DNA from: Bacteroidota bacterium
GTDB taxonomy: Bacteria; Bacteroidota; Bacteroidia; AKYH767-A; 2013-40CM-41-45
Reading direction: 5' to 3'
Assembly (NCBI GenBank): GCA_043747595.1
Contig: JAYTOX010000058.1
Coordinates: forward strand, 22,562-86,561
DNA: 64,000 nucleotides
This document shows, piece by piece, positions 29,723-41,032 of this stretch. The position numbers and the translations under genes are program-made. The first letter of the stretch is position 1, and every line of letters starts with the position of its first letter. The notes beneath the pieces were generated by a model that worked only from the letters and a program-made list of their open reading frames with translations, searched no databases and was not told where the DNA came from.

Positions 29723-31147
29723 TTATGGGAAAATTCCCAGCGACTGATAGCTGACGCCTAACTTTCTGATACCGCTTACAAATGCAGCAGTACGTAAATC
29801 ATCAATTCGTTTATCGGTCTTTTTAATTTCTCTGATCTCGTTATATGCATAGATCATTGTTTCTTCTAAGCCGGAACGAACCAAATCAATTTCATCGCCT
29901 CCATGTGTGAGTGCTTTTCTCTGACGTGCGTCGAGCGAATTGCCTGTCATACTTTCAACCGCTGTGATGAGTTGGTAATTGGATAGTTCTCTAAATCGTT
30001 TTTCCATTCTACCAAAGCGAACGTGCGAAAGATTTTTCAACCATTCGAAATAAGAAACAGTAACACCTCCCGCGTTTAGAAAAAGATCGGGAATAATCAT
30101 TACATTTTTTTGATTAAGAATGATCTCTGCATTTTTAGTTACCGGACCATTCGCACCTTCTGCGATTATTTTCGCTTGTATTTTCGGAGCGTTCTCAGCA
30201 GTAATTTGATTTTCTAATGCGGCCGGAATTAAAATATCGCATGCCATTTCGAGCATCGACATTGGGTCAGTAATATTTTTAGCACCTAAATAATTTAAAA
30301 TGCTTCCACTTCCTTGACGATGTTTAAAAACTTCTTCTACATCTAATCCTTTTTCATTATAAATGCCGCCTTCACGTTCTAAAATACCGATGATAATTCC
30401 TCCACCTTCTTGACAAAATTTTGCTGAGTAATAACCAACATTTCCGAGACCTTGTACAATTATTTTCTTGCCTTCGATACCGGGTTCAAGTCCCAACTCT
30501 TTCATGTCATCTACATTGCTCAATGCTTCTCTTAAACCATAAAACAATCCTTGTCCGGTAGCTTCCGTCCGACCTTGAATACCGCCTTGACCTAATGGTT
30601 TACCGGTTACACAACCAAGTGCATTAAGGTCATCGTATTTGAATGTTGCATACGTATCGGCAATCCAGGCCATCTCACGAGAGCCGCTACCATAATCCGG
30701 TGCAGGAACATCGATCGCAGCGCCAATCATACTTTTCTTGATAAGCTCGGTAGTATAACGACGCGTAATTCTTTCTAATTGCTTGGTAGTATAATTTTGC
30801 GGATTCACTTTTATTCCACCTTTAGCACCACCGAACGGAACATCTACTACTGCGCATTTGAAAGTCATAAGTGTAGCGAGTGCTTTTACTTCGTCTTCGT
30901 TTACGAATTCACTGTAACGAATACCACCTTTCGTTGGCGATTTATGGTGACTATGTTGTACTCGAATACCTTCTACCACTTCGAGTTTACCATCTTTCTC
31001 TAATGGGAAAGAAAATTTATAAATACTGTTACAAATTTTTATTTGATGCAATAAACCCGGTTCAAAATCTGTTAGTGCAGCGGCCTTATCGAAATAAGCC
31101 ATTACATCATTATAGAATTTCCGGCCATTTTCAAGATCGTTATTCAT
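29723..31147 (-). CDS. gdh: Glu/Leu/Phe/Val dehydrogenase family, likely NAD-specific glutamate dehydrogenase
   Basis: The active-site block is KCAVVDVPFGGAKGGI. A Rossmann motif GLGNVG is also present. Confidence 0.85.
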   Translation of the reverse strand: MNNDLENGRKFYNDVMAYFDKAAALTDFEPGLLHQIKICNSIYKFSFPLEKDGKLEVVEGIRVQHSHHKSPTKGGIRYSEFVNEDEVKALATLMTFKCAVVDVPFGGAKGGIKVNPQNYTTKQLERITRRYTTELIKKSMIGAAIDVPAPDYGSGSREMAWIADTYATFKYDDLNALGCVTGKPLGQGGIQGRTEATGQGLFYGLREALSNVDDMKELGLEPGIEGKKIIVQGLGNVGYYSAKFCQEGGGIIIGILEREGGIYNEKGLDVEEVFKHRQGSGSILNYLGAKNITDPMSMLEMACDILIPAALENQITAENAPKIQAKIIAEGANGPVTKNAEIILNQKNVMIIPDLFLNAGGVTVSYFEWLKNLSHVRFGRMEKRFRELSNYQLITAVESMTGNSLDARQRKALTHGGDEIDLVRSGLEETMIYAYNEIREIKKTDKRIDDLRTAAFVSGIRKLGVSYQSLGIFP

Positions 31148-31298
31148 AGTTATTGTTTTTTAATAAGAGATGTGGACGATTAGATAAAATACATGTTTCA
31201 AATACCTCAGAAAGTTAAAAGTAAGATTTGAGAATACAAGACAAATACTGTTTTTTTTATCGACAAAATGAGACGAAACGACTGAATAAAAAGGTCAA

Positions 31299-31649
31299 TT
31301 AATCATCTCCGCTTTGCGCATTCAATCCACTGAAGATAGAATTGATAACAGTCAAGATAATACTAAAAAAGAAAGCCGTCCAAAATCCATCAACTCGAAA
31401 GCCGGGTACAATTCGATCGACGAGCAAAACGATAAACGCATTTATGACCAGCAAGAACAATCCCATCGTAAAAATGGTGATTGGAATAGTAAGAATAATT
31501 AAGAGCGGTTTGATGATTACATTCAGAAAAGCCAAAACAACAGCAACACTGAGTGCAGTAAGTACAGAATGAACATGAACACCTTTAAAAAGGAAAGCTG
31601 CGATTAAAACTGCAAGCGTACTTATTACCAATTGAGCAAGTAATTTCAT
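31299..31649 (-). CDS. phage holin 4-like (Holin IV superfamily) small membrane protein
   Basis: The 116-aa product has four predicted TM helices, with the pattern ..VINAFIVLLVDRIVPGFRVDGFW.. seen in chromosomal holin-family proteins. Confidence 0.45.
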   Translation of the reverse strand: MKLLAQLVISTLAVLIAAFLFKGVHVHSVLTALSVAVVLAFLNVIIKPLLIILTIPITIFTMGLFLLVINAFIVLLVDRIVPGFRVDGFWTAFFFSIILTVINSIFSGLNAQSGDD

Positions 31650-31670
31650 AGAAAAGCAAATTGAGTTAAT

Positions 31671-33449
31671 TTATTTCAACCTAATATCTTTAACATTCAT
31701 CTGAATGCTTGTTTTGTTATTGTATGTATTCTCTTCAATAGCATAGCAAATATCAAAAGGAATTTTACGTGAGATAAACGAAAAATGTTGTCCCATTTGA
31801 AAAGCAATTCCATCCAATCCGAAACGACGAGTTTCATCTTCAGCGAGATTAAGCTTCAAATGATTGTTTCCTACGATTCGTGAAAGTCCGGTGTCGCGCA
31901 CATTATCACTTCTGAAAACGGGGCTCATGTTTCCCGGACCGAAAGGAGCAAATTGTTTAAGTACATTAAAGAAAGAAGGAGTAATTTCTGAAAGTTTAAT
32001 TACAGCATCAATCTCAATTTCTTGTGTCAGGCTATTTTCTTCGATCGTAGAAGAAACAATTTCTTCGAAGCGCGTTTTAAATTCTTCGATGTGTTCTATT
32101 TTCATAGTAAGACCGGCAGCATACATGTGTCCACCAAATTGCTCGAGTAGATCGCTGCATCTTTCAATAGCATTGTAAACATCAAAATCTTTCACCGAAC
32201 GTGCAGAGCCGGTAGCTAAACCATTCGATTCAGTAAGAATGATAGTAGGACGATAATATTTTTCAGTCATCCGAGAGGCAACAATACCGATTACACCTTT
32301 ATGCCAGTCAGGATTAAACAAAACAGTAGAACGACGTCGAGCAAATTCAGAATCAATTTGAATCATGTCGAAGGCTTCTTGCGTAATTTTTACATCGAGA
32401 CTTTTACGTTCGTCGTTATGTTCTTTTATTCGCAGAGAATTCGCAATTGCTACAGCAGGATTTTCGGAGATGAGTAATTCGACAGCATGACGAGCATCGT
32501 CGATACGACCAGCAGCGTTGATACGAGGGCCTAAAATAAAAACAAGATCGTTTACAGTTAAATTATAGTGAGAAACTCTTCGATCATCGTCAAGCACATC
32601 TATATAGAGAGGAACCTTCTCCATTTCAAGAATAGCTTTTACACCATGACGCGGTTTGTAATTCAATTGCTTTAAACCGTAGTGAACTAAAATTCTATTT
32701 TCACCAACAAGAGGAACGATATCGGCAGCAGTACTGATGGCAACTAAGTCTAAAAATTCTTCGATCTCCTTGAAAGGAATATTATGACGTTGAGCATAAC
32801 CGGAAATTAATTTAAAACCAATTCCGCATCCGGAAAGTTCATCGAACGGATAAGTACAATCTGCTCTTTTAGGATCAAGTACAGCACAAGCATTCGGCAA
32901 TTCATCGCCGGGACGATGATGATCACAAATAATAAAATCGACACCTAACTTTTTTGCATCGGCTACTTTGTCGTTCGATTTAATACCGCAATCTAAAGCA
33001 ATGATTAATCGAAAATCATTTATAGCAGCGTATTCAATTCCGGCAGTAGAAATACCATACCCTTCTTTGTAACGATCGGGTAGGTAGAAGTCGACATTGT
33101 CGTAAAACTTTTTCAGAAAAGAATAAACGAGAGCAACAGCAGTAGTACCATCCACATCATAATCGCCATAGATCATGATCTTTTCATTATTCTTAATTGC
33201 TAGATCCATGCGATCTATCGCCTTATCCATATCACGCATTAAGAACGGATCGTGAAGGTCAGTAACAGAGGGGCGAAAAAAAAGTCGTGCCTGATCGAAT
33301 GTAGAAATACCTCGATGAACTAAAAGGTTTGCCAGGGTTTTATTAATGTTTAATTGCGAAGCTAAAGCAGCTACAATTTCCGGACTACCATCCGGTTTTA
33401 AACTCCATCTTTTCTCACGAATCTCTACATCTATCATATCGGTGTGCAA
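31671..33449 (-). CDS. recJ: single-stranded-DNA-specific exonuclease RecJ
   Basis: Has DHH motifs (DYDVDGTTAVAL, ALDCG..DHH) and a DHHA1 domain, with GGH in FGGHMYAAG. Confidence 0.85.
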   Translation of the reverse strand: MHTDMIDVEIREKRWSLKPDGSPEIVAALASQLNINKTLANLLVHRGISTFDQARLFFRPSVTDLHDPFLMRDMDKAIDRMDLAIKNNEKIMIYGDYDVDGTTAVALVYSFLKKFYDNVDFYLPDRYKEGYGISTAGIEYAAINDFRLIIALDCGIKSNDKVADAKKLGVDFIICDHHRPGDELPNACAVLDPKRADCTYPFDELSGCGIGFKLISGYAQRHNIPFKEIEEFLDLVAISTAADIVPLVGENRILVHYGLKQLNYKPRHGVKAILEMEKVPLYIDVLDDDRRVSHYNLTVNDLVFILGPRINAAGRIDDARHAVELLISENPAVAIANSLRIKEHNDERKSLDVKITQEAFDMIQIDSEFARRRSTVLFNPDWHKGVIGIVASRMTEKYYRPTIILTESNGLATGSARSVKDFDVYNAIERCSDLLEQFGGHMYAAGLTMKIEHIEEFKTRFEEIVSSTIEENSLTQEIEIDAVIKLSEITPSFFNVLKQFAPFGPGNMSPVFRSDNVRDTGLSRIVGNNHLKLNLAEDETRRFGLDGIAFQMGQHFSFISRKIPFDICYAIEENTYNNKTSIQMNVKDIRLK

Positions 33450-33582
33450 GATAATTAAAATGACACTCTAAAAATCTAAAATTATTAAAAGAAACGTACA
33501 AGATGCGGTTAAAAACTTTATTCTATGTAAATAATCAATTGAACGAGGTGAATAAACGTTTTTCCCCTGCTAAAAATTTAAT

Positions 33583-34314
33583 TTACTCGCCATCTTCATC
33601 ATCTTGTTCGGAAGATGAAGATTCAACATCAGGAGTATAATTTTTTCCGGCTACAACAATTACAATTTCACCTTTAACTGTTTTAGCACTGAAATGATCT
33701 TTACATTTCCTTAACGATCCATGAAAATTTTCTTCAAACATTTTAGATATTTCTCTCGAAACACTGGCGCTGCGTTCTTCACCAAAAATACCGATGAATT
33801 GTTCTAACGCTTTCACTAAACGATAAGGTGATTCGTAAAAAATCATTGTTCGTTCTTCTTCACGCAATTTTTCCAAGCGTGTTGCTCTTCCTTTTTTTTG
33901 CGGAAGGAAGCCTTCAAAAACAAATCGGTCGGTTGGCAAACCTGAGTTAACCAATGCAGGAACAAAAGCAGTAGCACCGGGCAATGTTTCAACACGAATA
34001 CCTTTTCGTAGACATTCACGCACTAATAAAAAACCGGGATCAGAAATTCCGGGCGTACCGGCATCAGAAATAAGAGCTATAATTTCGCCTGCTGAAATTC
34101 GTTCTACAATATCTTCTACGATTTTATGCTCATTGTGCATATGATACGATTGCAATCTTTTATCGATACCGAGATGGCGAAATAAATTTCCACTCACGCG
34201 CGTATCTTCTGCAAGAACAGCATTGGCTTCTTTAAGAATACGAATAGCTCGGAGAGTGATGTCTTCCAAATTACCTACGGGAGTTGGGACAATGTACAGC
34301 CCTTTTTTTTCCAT
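33583..34314 (-). CDS. rsmI: 16S rRNA (cytidine1402-2'-O)-methyltransferase
   Basis: Carries MEKKGLYIVPTPVGNLEDITLRAIRILKEANAVLAEDTR, the tetrapyrrole-methylase fold. The start is chosen at the internal Met, which overlaps the upstream stop (ATGA). Confidence 0.8.
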   Translation of the reverse strand: MEKKGLYIVPTPVGNLEDITLRAIRILKEANAVLAEDTRVSGNLFRHLGIDKRLQSYHMHNEHKIVEDIVERISAGEIIALISDAGTPGISDPGFLLVRECLRKGIRVETLPGATAFVPALVNSGLPTDRFVFEGFLPQKKGRATRLEKLREEERTMIFYESPYRLVKALEQFIGIFGEERSASVSREISKMFEENFHGSLRKCKDHFSAKTVKGEIVIVVAGKNYTPDVESSSSEQDDEDGE

Positions 34315-35219
34315 CAGCCTATATACCGACGTTCCACGATATCCATAAACAGCGACGCTTGAGCAGGATGTTTTTCCCAATTTAATTCGGTCGAAACATC
34401 TTTCATAAAAGCTTGTGCATGGAAAGCTGAACCGCAATTATTCAGAAGATCGACAGCAGCATTGTATCGGTGAGAATCGCCATTAAAAAGATGATTGATG
34501 AATTGAAATTTTTCATTAAGCCCGATTGAAGCGCCAATATCTTTAACAGGAATTCTATTTAAATGTTGAGATACACTATTGGAATGCTGACTGTGTGCAA
34601 TACGATCGGCCAGCGATTCTTTTCCTTCGAACGTATGAGCAACCGAAGATTTAGGTTCAAAATTATCGTTAAATTCTGTTGTCGAATTTTTATTACTGGA
34701 GCGTTCAATTACTGTTTCCGTTTTCGAAATCTCGGCCATTAATTTATCCATCGACATGTGAGAAGGCACTTCAACAGGAGCATCGCTTACTTCTTCTTTG
34801 CGAACAGGCTCCGGCTTTTTTGTTTCACTTTCTTTTGGCGTTGAATGAATGGGCGAAACACTTGCTGTTGGAATTGGCTCAACAGCAGGAGTAGGATTGT
34901 TAGCAGAAACCGGAATTTCCGGCGATGGAGCAGATTTAGGTTCAGGAACAAAAGCTAACTGCTTTTCATTCAATAGATCAAGAGCATTATGATAATGAAG
35001 TTGAAGTGCCAGTTCATACATTTTGCGGATCTCGGCTAAAAAAACATCCATTTCAACAGCCGGAATGGCCGATGAATGTGCTTGCATAAAACGATGAAGA
35101 TCTCTGATTCGTTCGGTCGATAAAATAAGTTGTTGGTGAATTATAGGACTTTGCATGCATCTTGTAACGGAGAATTGAAAAAGATGTTTGGTTTTGAAAA
35201 AAAAAAATTGCAAAACCAT
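34314..35219 (-). CDS. hypothetical Pro/Ser/Glu-rich protein, translationally coupled to rsmI
   Basis: The ORF has a low-complexity central region. Its start position is uncertain. It overlaps rsmI by 4 nt. Confidence 0.4.
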   Translation of the reverse strand: MVLQFFFFKTKHLFQFSVTRCMQSPIIHQQLILSTERIRDLHRFMQAHSSAIPAVEMDVFLAEIRKMYELALQLHYHNALDLLNEKQLAFVPEPKSAPSPEIPVSANNPTPAVEPIPTASVSPIHSTPKESETKKPEPVRKEEVSDAPVEVPSHMSMDKLMAEISKTETVIERSSNKNSTTEFNDNFEPKSSVAHTFEGKESLADRIAHSQHSNSVSQHLNRIPVKDIGASIGLNEKFQFINHLFNGDSHRYNAAVDLLNNCGSAFHAQAFMKDVSTELNWEKHPAQASLFMDIVERRYIG

Positions 35220-35363
35220 TTTTTTGGGACAATGTTTTTAAGCAAAAAACGATGTCCAAAAAATTCAACTTTATGATATTGCTGGCACTAAAAAATCATT
35301 AGTAAAACAGTTGTTTCGCTCTTTCACGCTTCCATTTCTATTGGAAAAACACTATTATTCACG

Positions 35364-35371
35364 TACGTTTG
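35364..35371 (+). promoter_or_regulatory. candidate -7 element TACGTTTG for tdk
   Basis: TAnnTTTG lies 19 nt upstream of the MFRETL start codon. This supports taking 35390 as the start. Confidence 0.3.
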
Positions 35372-35389
35372 CACTTGAAAATTTCTATT

Positions 35390-35977
35390 ATGTTCCGGGA
35401 AACCTTAAACGCGAGTAAAGTAAAAAAAGGCCATATTGAAGTGGTTTGTGGTTCTATGTTTTCCGGAAAAACGGAAGAGCTTATTCGCCGACTTAAAAGA
35501 GCAAAGATTGCACGTCAGAAAGTGGAGATTTTCAAACCTCGAATTGATGTACGGTACGACGAAGTAAATGTAGTTTCGCACGACAGCAATTCTATTCATA
35601 GTACACCGGTAGAATCGGCTTCACAAATTCTTTTGTTGGCAACAGATGTAGATGTTATTGGAATTGATGAGGCTCAATTTTTTGATGACGCATTACCAAC
35701 AATTTGTCAGACGTTGGCCGATCGCGGTATTCGTGTAATTGTAGCCGGGCTCGACATGGATTATTTAGGAAAGCCCTTTGGTCCGATTCCGAATTTATTA
35801 TCGATTGCAGAATATGTTACAAAAGTACATGCTATTTGCATGAATTGCGGTGACCTTGCAAATTATTCGCATCGTTTTGTAAAAGGCGATACACGAATTT
35901 TACTTGGAGAACAGGAAAGTTATGTTCCGCTTTGTCGTTATTGTTTTAACATGGAACGAGCCAAACAAAATGAGTGA
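35390..35977 (+). CDS. tdk: thymidine kinase
   Basis: Has the P-loop [17 protein letters not shown]. The C-terminus has a Zn ribbon (CMNCG...CRYC). Confidence 0.85.
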   Translation: MFRETLNASKVKKGHIEVVCGSMFSGKTEELIRRLKRAKIARQKVEIFKPRIDVRYDEVNVVSHDSNSIHSTPVESASQILLLATDVDVIGIDEAQFFDDALPTICQTLADRGIRVIVAGLDMDYLGKPFGPIPNLLSIAEYVTKVHAICMNCGDLANYSHRFVKGDTRILLGEQESYVPLCRYCFNMERAKQNE

Positions 35978-38453
35978 AACCATCTATAGTATACAGGAAC
36001 TTTCAACTATTTCGGGAGGAACACTTTCATTAAAATCTCCGGAGACGATTGATATAAGAAATTTGCTCACCGATAGTCGTCGTTATTTAGATGCCGAGCA
36101 TTCGTTGTTTTTTGCTATTAAAGGTGAGCGACATGATGGTCATAAATTTATTACAGAACTTTTTGGTGAAGGCGTACGCAATTTTGTAATTAGTGAGTGG
36201 AGAAATGAGTACCAATCAATTGCTGCAAATTTTATATTTGTAAACGATGCACTTTCCACACTTCAAAAAATAACTGCAAGTCATCGCAAGCGATTTCATT
36301 ATCCTGTAATAGGAATAACAGGAAGCAATGGAAAAACAATTGTAAAAGAATGGTTGTATCAATTATTACGTTCCGACATTGATATTGTACGAAGTCCAAA
36401 ATCGTATAATTCACAGATTGGTGTACCACTTTCAGTTTGGGGAATGCAAGATGAACATCAACTGGCAATTTTTGAAGCCGGCATTTCTATGCCTGGTGAA
36501 ATGCACAAATTAGAAGAAATAATTCAGCCAACCATCGGCATCTTTACAAACATAGGTTCGGCACACGACGAAAATTTTAAAAGTGAAAAAGAAAAAGTTC
36601 TTGAAAAGCTTGAATTGTTTAAAGGTGTTCATACATTTATTTATAATAAAGATTACCAAACGATTCATGAATCTATTTCTGAATTCAAATTTTCATTTCC
36701 AGAATTAAAAGTTTTCACTTGGTCGAGGAAGTCAAAATCGGATTTACAAATTGGACGCATTACAAAAAATTCGGAAGACACAGAGATTCAAGCCGTTTAT
36801 GAAAATAATTTTATCAAAATAACAATTCCTTTTATCGACGACGCTTCGGTTGAAAACGCAATTCAATGTTGGTCGTTAATGCTGGTATTAAAAATTGATC
36901 AAGAAACAATCGATGAACGAATGAGTTTGTTGAGTCCGGTAGCGATGCGATTAGAAATGAAAACCGGCATTAATAATTGTTCGGTGATCAACGATAGTTA
37001 CAATAGCGACATCGGTTCCTTGACAATAGCATTAGATTTTTTAAATCAACAAAAGCAACATATAAAAAAAACCGTTTTACTTTCTGATATTTTACAAAGC
37101 GGAAAAAATGAAACGATATTATACAAAGAAGTAGGCGACTTATTAAAAGCAAAAGGTATTCAATCGATTGTTGGTATTGGTCCGGCGATAAGTCGTCAGG
37201 TTGATTGTTTTTCGATGAACAAAAAATTTTATTTATCGACCGATGATTTTCTGCGCGATTTTTCTCCGACAAATTTCAGAGATGAAACCATTTTGTTGAA
37301 AGGAGCGAGAGTATTTGGTTTTGAGAAAATTTCGAAAGTGTTACAGCAGAAAGCACATGAAACAGTTTTAGAGATTAATTTAAATTCATTAGTTCACAAT
37401 TTAAATTATTATCGTTCGCGACTCAAACCACAGACGAAAATAATGGCGATGGTGAAAGCTACATCTTACGGAAGTGGAAGTTTTGAAGTAGCCAATATTC
37501 TACAATTTCATCACGTCGATTATTTGGCAGTAGCATACAGCGATGAAGGCGTTGAACTTCGGAAATCGGGAATTGGTTTGCCAATAATGGTGATGAATCC
37601 GGAGTTAATGAATTTCGAGCGAATGATTAAATATCGGTTAGAGCCGGAAGTTTATAACTTCAGACAACTGAATCAGCTTGCAGAAATATTCAACAAACAT
37701 ACCGGTGAACCCTTCAAAATTCATTTGAAGTTAGATACAGGAATGCATCGCTTAGGATTTGAGGAACGAGAGATTAACGAGTTGGTAGTACGACTTATTA
37801 ATAATAAAAATTTACATATTCAATCGGTATTTACACACTTAGCAGGAAGCGACGAAGCAGAGCACGATGGTTTTACCAAATTGCAATTTGATCGATTCAA
37901 AAAAATGAGTGACGAGATTATTCGTAATTTTAATTATCCAATTCTTCGACACACATTAAATTCATCGGGTATCCTCCGCTTTAGTGAGGCACAATATGAG
38001 ATGGTTCGGCTGGGAATTGGATTGTATGGAATAGCGGCCACCTCTAACGAGCAAAATCATTTACAACAAGTAGCAACATTAAAAACAACTATCTCACAAA
38101 TTAAAAATGTTCCCGCCAACGAAACAGTTGGTTATAGTAGAATGGGAAAGTTAAAACGTGATACGATAGTAGCGACCGTGGCGATAGGATATGCAGATGG
38201 AATAAGTAGAAGGCTGGGAAATGGAATTGGTAAAATGTTAGTGAATGGAAAACTAGCTCCAATAATTGGAAGTGTATGTATGGATATGTGTATGCTCGAC
38301 ATAACAGATATACCTGCAAAAGAAGGCGATGAAGTGATTGTATTCGGCACTGAATATCCGGTAACCGAAATGGCGAAAGCAGTAGGAACAATTCCTTATG
38401 AAGTTTTGGTAAATGTTTCGCAGCGGGTAAAGAGAGTATATTTTCAAGAATAG
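35970..38453 (+). CDS. murF: bifunctional UDP-N-acetylmuramoyl-tripeptide--D-alanyl-D-alanine ligase / alanine racemase fusion
   Basis: The N-terminal Mur ligase carries [11 protein letters not shown]. The C-terminal alanine racemase carries [11 protein letters not shown] with the PLP-Lys, and GYADG. The gene overlaps tdk by 8 nt. Confidence 0.8.
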   Translation: MSETIYSIQELSTISGGTLSLKSPETIDIRNLLTDSRRYLDAEHSLFFAIKGERHDGHKFITELFGEGVRNFVISEWRNEYQSIAANFIFVNDALSTLQKITASHRKRFHYPVIGITGSNGKTIVKEWLYQLLRSDIDIVRSPKSYNSQIGVPLSVWGMQDEHQLAIFEAGISMPGEMHKLEEIIQPTIGIFTNIGSAHDENFKSEKEKVLEKLELFKGVHTFIYNKDYQTIHESISEFKFSFPELKVFTWSRKSKSDLQIGRITKNSEDTEIQAVYENNFIKITIPFIDDASVENAIQCWSLMLVLKIDQETIDERMSLLSPVAMRLEMKTGINNCSVINDSYNSDIGSLTIALDFLNQQKQHIKKTVLLSDILQSGKNETILYKEVGDLLKAKGIQSIVGIGPAISRQVDCFSMNKKFYLSTDDFLRDFSPTNFRDETILLKGARVFGFEKISKVLQQKAHETVLEINLNSLVHNLNYYRSRLKPQTKIMAMVKATSYGSGSFEVANILQFHHVDYLAVAYSDEGVELRKSGIGLPIMVMNPELMNFERMIKYRLEPEVYNFRQLNQLAEIFNKHTGEPFKIHLKLDTGMHRLGFEEREINELVVRLINNKNLHIQSVFTHLAGSDEAEHDGFTKLQFDRFKKMSDEIIRNFNYPILRHTLNSSGILRFSEAQYEMVRLGIGLYGIAATSNEQNHLQQVATLKTTISQIKNVPANETVGYSRMGKLKRDTIVATVAIGYADGISRRLGNGIGKMLVNGKLAPIIGSVCMDMCMLDITDIPAKEGDEVIVFGTEYPVTEMAKAVGTIPYEVLVNVSQRVKRVYFQE

Positions 38454-38990
38454 AATTGGAAGTAAGTAAGGTCATGGGTCATGGGTCATTGGTCATGGGT
38501 CATGGGTCATGGGTCATTGGTCATGGGTCAAAGGTCATTATACTCTGCTTCTATTTACTTTTTACCAATTAGTTTTGGAATGATGAAGGATAAAGTAAGA
38601 AAGGTTAAAGGTTACTTTTTTTACTCACCTCGCAAAGCGGAATCTTTAGCGAAGCGGGATTCCGCTTACGCTTAGAATTAATTTAAAGCACTCAACATCG
38701 AACTTTTATTAAATCATTACTTACTTTGAAAGCATTTAATTTGATTGCTAACAAAAGCGGAATTCCGTTCGGCGTTTAAAGGCTTCCATTTTATTTCTTA
38801 CCTCCGCCTCTCTAAAAATTCCGCTTTGCGGTGGAATTCCGTTCGGCATATAATAGCTTCCATTTTATTTCTAACCTCCGCCTCTCTAAAAATTCCGCTT
38901 TGCGGTGGAGAAGCAAGAAGGGTCATTTTTTTACTCACCAATCACTACTCACTAAAAAATTTACTACTCACTAAAAAATTTAATTCTTAA
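38454..38990. repeat. compound repeat region: (GGTCATG)x~10 array, GCGGAATC/GATTCCGC hairpin, two tandem ~75-bp family B units (GGAATTCCGTTCGGC...AATTCCGCTTTGCGGTGGA), family A tail
   Basis: All components are read directly. The family A tail is AAGAAGGGTCATTTTTTTACTCACCAATCACTACTCAC. The region fills the 3'-3' intergenic space between murF-alr and the PAP2 gene. Confidence 0.7.
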
Positions 38991-40035
38991 CGAGCAGCCA
39001 ATTAATTCCTACGACGGGAATGCCTGATTGATATGATGGAAAAAATGTTGGTTTGAATTTAAATTTTTGCAGGTTCATGCTTTGTTGATTTTCTTTTTTA
39101 GAATCTACCTCTACTCTACCTCTATTGACGGCAATTTTTCCAAATGAATATCCGAGAGCAATACCAAGTGGATAATCGCTCGCCCAATGCACTCCATTGT
39201 TCAACATAGCAAAACCCAATAATCCCATTAGGCTATAACCAACAGGTCGAATAAATTTTTTCTCAGGATAATTTTCTGCAATCACCGTAACAGTTGCCAT
39301 TGCAGTTGCTAAATGTCCAGTAGGAAATGCATCGTGATTAGGAACATGGTCGGCATACACTTTCTGATTGGGAAAAAATCGCCAAACACCTCGAGGAACT
39401 GTCGTAGTATACGGACTTTCTCGTCCTGTAATGTGCTTAAGAAATTGTGTTGCAATTCCTGTTGTAAGAATGGCTTCTCCCAATTGTGATGCCGTTTGTA
39501 ATTCTCGATTGTCTTTGCTTATTAATCCTGCAGCCCAAAAGCTAAGTGCAATCGTTGTATGAGTCCAGCCATCACCTAAAAAGTACATTGCAGAATTGAT
39601 ATCCGTAGGAACATTAAACTGAATTGGAATTTTTTGTTTAGCTATTATTATTTTGCCATCTATTATTGCAGTTTGATTACTTGTTCCGGCGAGATTGAAA
39701 GCTGATCCTATATTTTTTGCGCCCACTAATATTTGGTCATCGAATGCATATAAAATAAGTGTTCCACCTGTTATCATTCCTAAATTAATCAACTGACTTT
39801 TCCGAAATGTTTTTTTTGCATACAATGCATAATCTTTCGGCAACGTACTTACAAAATGCAATGGTCGTGGTCGTTGATAAATAAAACTTTTTCCATTTGA
39901 AAATGAATAAGTCATTTCTCTTCTTTTATCAACAGTAATATTGGTAGACTTACCTATTAATGTTTCGTCTTTCGATAACGCAGAGAATGTAATGTTAGTG
40001 AAAACAAAAAATAAAATAAATGTGAAAATTTTCAT
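38980..40035 (-). CDS. PAP2 superfamily phosphatase with N-terminal secreted beta-rich domain
   Basis: The C-terminal PAP2 motifs are KxxxxxxRP-like, PTGHLATAMA and VHWASDYPLG. A signal peptide is present. Confidence 0.6.
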   Translation of the reverse strand: MKIFTFILFFVFTNITFSALSKDETLIGKSTNITVDKRREMTYSFSNGKSFIYQRPRPLHFVSTLPKDYALYAKKTFRKSQLINLGMITGGTLILYAFDDQILVGAKNIGSAFNLAGTSNQTAIIDGKIIIAKQKIPIQFNVPTDINSAMYFLGDGWTHTTIALSFWAAGLISKDNRELQTASQLGEAILTTGIATQFLKHITGRESPYTTTVPRGVWRFFPNQKVYADHVPNHDAFPTGHLATAMATVTVIAENYPEKKFIRPVGYSLMGLLGFAMLNNGVHWASDYPLGIALGYSFGKIAVNRGRVEVDSKKENQQSMNLQKFKFKPTFFPSYQSGIPVVGINWLLVKN

Positions 40036-40048
40036 TGGTGTATTGCGA

Positions 40049-41032
40049 CTAAAAAGTCATTGCAAGAGATGCAAAGCAAGTCTTTCCTGAATAGTTAATA
40101 AAATAAGAAGGATGGTATTTTCTTTTATGAATAAGAGAAGTTGTTGGACTAGTAGCAGCTTCCTGCTCTCTATTTTGTTTTGCGCGATTGCAAATTTGTT
40201 TTGCGCAGAAATAACCGAGTAGACCACCTGTAAAAACGTCGGACGACCAATGCTGATGTTCGATAATTCTTGAGACACCTACAAGCGATGCCAATGAATA
40301 AGAAATAATTGGGACTGCTTTTATTTCAGAATACTGAGTTGCAAAAACAGTAGCAATAGAAAATGCCGTTGCAGTATGACCGGAAGGAAATGCATCGAAA
40401 TAAGAAGGAGGTAATTTTTCGTTTCTTTCAGTCCATTGTTTTATTGGACCACTCCATCTATGATCTCCATTGATATAAAAATCGAATGGCCTAGCTCTTC
40501 CGGTTGATAATTTTATTAAACGAGTCCAGATAGAAGATGTAATTAATGCTTCACCGAGTAATGCAGATGTTTCAATTCCTTTTTCGTTGTGAGAAAGTAA
40601 GCTATACCCAGCAAACAAGGCAGAAAGTCCCAAACCATAATTACCTCCAAGTTCAGTAAAGGAAGCATTGAATCGAGAGAATGACTGATGTTTATCTTTC
40701 ACGGGACTAAAAAAATGATCGATGTTACGATCTTTAAGAATAAGGATTGTTGTTGCCAAAGCCCCTGCCCCAATTCCAATTATCTGATTCTTCTGAAGAT
40801 GTAAGGGAAAGGTTGCTTGTTTTACAAAATCTGTTTTTAATGATTTGAAAAAACGAGGATTATGAATGGCGTTCTTTTCGTGCTTCAGTTCAGAATTTCC
40901 AAGATCATAGCCGAACATATTTAAATGACAAAAAGAGAGAATTAATGTCCAGCCAAAAAATCGAATTTTTAGGCTAGATATTATCTGCATTGGGCTAGAT
41001 AAAAAAGAAAATAGAAGAGAATGTCTTTTCAA
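40049..41032 (-). CDS. PAP2 superfamily membrane phosphatase
   Basis: The motifs are TGRARPF, PSGHTATAFS and EHQHWSSDV. Confidence 0.65.
   Translation of the reverse strand: MKRHSLLFSFLSSPMQIISSLKIRFFGWTLILSFCHLNMFGYDLGNSELKHEKNAIHNPRFFKSLKTDFVKQATFPLHLQKNQIIGIGAGALATTILILKDRNIDHFFSPVKDKHQSFSRFNASFTELGGNYGLGLSALFAGYSLLSHNEKGIETSALLGEALITSSIWTRLIKLSTGRARPFDFYINGDHRWSGPIKQWTERNEKLPPSYFDAFPSGHTATAFSIATVFATQYSEIKAVPIISYSLASLVGVSRIIEHQHWSSDVFTGGLLGYFCAKQICNRAKQNREQEAATSPTTSLIHKRKYHPSYFINYSGKTCFASLAMTF

Noticed and set aside
31299-31649. Holin-like gene as evidence of a prophage
   Set aside because: There are no other phage genes (integrase, terminase, capsid) nearby. It is flanked by gdh and recJ. 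Holin-4-like proteins are common chromosomal genes in Bacteroidota.
38481-38990. ORFs 38481..38675 and 38745..38990
   Set aside because: Both lie entirely within the GGTCATG array and tandem family B repeats. The peptides are repeat artefacts, for example MGHWSWVMGHGSLVMG.
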